Source: the human T2T-CHM13v2.0 reference genome, Homo sapiens
Reading direction: 5' to 3' (one strand)
Length of the DNA stretch: 64,000 nucleotides
NCBI RefSeq assembly: GCF_009914755.1
Contig: NC_060940.1
Shown here piece after piece: positions 61,406 through 64,000 of this stretch. Numbering within the stretch: the first letter of the stretch is position 1; each line of letters opens with the position of its first letter. Below the pieces are notes generated by a model. That model searched no databases. It was not told the origin of the DNA and saw only the letters and a program-made list of their open reading frames with translations. A program made the position numbers and the translations under genes.

Positions 61406-62424
61406 TTAGGAAATGCTACTTATATAGGCAATGGCTTAAAGTTATTTAGTATGGAAAATGCTTTACTTGACCTTTACAAGTTTGAAAACTGCTCTACTTT
61501 ATCCAAAGCTCTCCCTTAAGGAGCTGATAGAAAAGATAGCCATTGAGGCATTGCCTTTGCTGGCTGCCTGTCTTTTCGCCGTGGTCCTGCTCCCTTGTCC
61601 ACCTGATAAGTGTCATCTCATGTCATCCTAATTGTGGTCAGCAGCCCTCCTGCAGTCCTTATTTAATTGTGTTTGCTTGCCCAGCAACATTATCTTTAAA
61701 ATTTTATTTTTTATTTTATTTTTCTTTTTAGAGATGGGATCTTGCAATGTTGCCCAGGCTATAATATTTTTAAAGCTATACTGTACCACAGTGCATCATA
61801 CAAATGGCCAAGGCTCTACCATAGTATAGAAGTGGAGTCATTTTATGAGTCCCAAAATTATTAGTTATTGTCAGTAGTGAAGAGCTGGACAGAGTAGTAT
61901 AGCCTGCAGGATGTAGGTCTAGTTTCCCTGTTGCATCTTCTCAGAATTAGCTCCCTTACATTTCCCCCAAAATATATACACATATTCCTAATTTTGACAC
62001 ATACACGTCTGTCACAAAGGCTCCTATATGACTAATATTTGAAAGTTTGCTAGAGGGATTGGTGTTTCAGAAACCCAGCAATGGAAGGAGCGACTGTGTA
62101 CAGTGGAATTGATGGAAACAGAAGTGAGTGATTGAGGAGGTCCTTCCGTTTGTCCAGGCTGCATTGTTTTTTTTTTTTTTTTTGCCTTTTTAAAAATTGA
62201 TTTTGACTGTTTTTTTGTCATTCAATTTTTCTTCTCTACCAGTTTGGGACTTACATTCTTGTTAATAGTCCTTTAGGAAGATTACCTTAGAAATTACAGC
62301 CTGTATTAAGTTAGCAAAGTCCAAAGTTAGTCAGTACCTGTGTTCTCTTCAGGAGAGTTTTTCTTCATTTTCCATTTTCCATACTCTTACAGTTTTAAAA
62401 TGCATTATCACTAATAAATATGTA

Positions 62425-62745
62425 CAGTAGATCCCCCTTATCAATGAGGGATGCATTCCAAGACCCCCGAGTGGTTGTCTGAGACCACAGATAGTGCTGA
62501 ACCCTGTACATACTGTGTGTTTTTACTATACATCCATACCCATGATAAAGTTTAAGTTCAGCACAGTAAAAGATTAACGACAATAACTGATAATAAAACG
62601 ACGATAACAATATACTGTAATAGTTATGTGAATGTGGTCTCTCTCAAAATATCTTACTTTACTGAACTCACCTATTTTCGGACTGCAGTTGACCATGGGT
62701 GATAAAACCACAGAAACCAAAACTTCAGATAAGGGGTAGCTACTA
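62425..62745. mobile_element. Tigger-derived MITE (MER44A/Tigger7-like)
   Basis: TA-flanked TIRs cagtagatcccccttatc / gataaggggtagctacta. Confidence 0.8.
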
Positions 62746-62777
62746 TATACACAATATGTCTTTTTTTGATATATGTT

Positions 62778-62886
62778 GGATGGATGGATGGATGGATGGA
62801 TGGATGGATGGATAGATGGACAGATGGATGGACAGACAGATAGGTAGATAGATGATTGATAGACAGGCAGGTAGGTAGGTAGATAG
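62778..62886. repeat. Compound (GGAT)n/(AGAT)n/(AGAC)n microsatellite
   Basis: Seen directly. Confidence 0.92.
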
Positions 62887-63694
62887 TGTTCATTTAGATT
62901 TGCCACTTTCTTCGTTCTTCCTTCTTAACTCCTCAGACTTTCCACCTAGGATCATCTCCCTTCTCTCTGAAGTTCATCCTTTTGAATTTCCTTTAATATG
63001 GGTCTTTTGGTGGACAACTCTCAGATTTGATTGCCTGCAAATGTCATTATTTTGTCTTCATTCGTAAAGGATATTTTTGCTGAGTATAGCATTTCAGCTT
63101 TGGTATTTATCATTTTTCAGCACATTGAAGTCATTCCACTGACTTCTGCCTTCCATTGTTGTGAAGTCAGTGGCAAGTCTAAAAAATCTCTTCTCTGGTG
63201 TGTATTTAAAATTTTCTTATTATTTTCCATCTTTTTGTCTCACTGTGCTGTTTTCTTGATTATTATCTTTTGATTTATCTTCTTTTCTCCTTAACTCTGA
63301 TTAATCTGCTATTACATTTATCCATTGATTTTTTTTTTTTAATTTCTACAAATTCTTGTCTTTTTACAGGAGAATAACTTAATCCACCATTACCTTCAAA
63401 TCCTCTCTTATTTCTATAGTTCCCTGTTACCTGGAGTTATCTTCCAGTTAATTTTTATTTTTTAAACATGATAAGCATTTGTTTAAATTATCTTTGTTTT
63501 TTAAATAAATTTTAGACTTTATTCTTCATCACCCAACTTGAAAAAAATCATCTTTCTGGTTACTATAATATTTGAAATCTTTGCAAGACTACTTCCTATG
63601 ATCTGCTTCTGCTGGTCTTTTCTTAGAGTCTAATTTTTGGTATGTGTGATATCTGTGGCTGCATGCTGCTCATTTATTAAACATTATTTGTAGC

Positions 63695-64000
63695 GGCCGG
63701 GCGCAGTGGCTCACACCTATAATCCCAGCACTTTTGGAGGCTGAGGCGGGTGGATCATTTGAGGTCAGGAGTTTGAAATCAACTGGCCAACATGGTGAAA
63801 CCCCATCTCTACTAAAAGTACAAAAAGTAGCTGGGTATGTGGTGGCATGTGCCTGTAATCCCAGATATTCAGGAGGGCGATGCAGGAGAATCGCTTGAAC
63901 CCAGGAGGCAGAAGTTGCAGTGATCTGTGATTGCACCACTGCCCTCCAGCCTGGGCGACAGAGCAAGACTGTCTTTAAAAAACAAAAAAAATCAAAAAAA
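63695..64000 (+). mobile_element. Alu (AluS-like)
   Basis: Dimer running to the window end. Confidence 0.9.

Overview
Primate (human-like) genomic DNA containing the 5' half of GAN (gigaxonin/KLHL16, a BTB-BACK-Kelch CUL3 adaptor; the giant axonal neuropathy gene) on the + strand. A CpG-island promoter lies at about 17.4-18.7 kb. Five coding exons are present: 17880-18046, 54343-54457, 57166-57516, 59546-59763 and 60571-60692. All have GT-AG boundaries and splice into one open frame of 973 nt; the gene continues past the window. The first 17 kb is repeat-rich intergenic DNA. The 36-kb intron 1 contains a 5.4-kb degraded sense-strand L1PA element, DNA-transposon and LTR relics, and many Alus. 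I see no evidence of a new protein-coding system: nearly all other ORFs are Alu, L1 or GC-rich artefacts. The observations worth following up are structural or regulatory: inverted Alus around frameshifting exon 2, a candidate Alu poison exon, a 159-bp inverted MER1 duplication, an unexplained 84-bp direct repeat with a YY1-like core, a three-monomer Alu under one TSD, and a very young AluY. Repeat subfamily names come from my own recognition and should be confirmed with RepeatMasker/Dfam.
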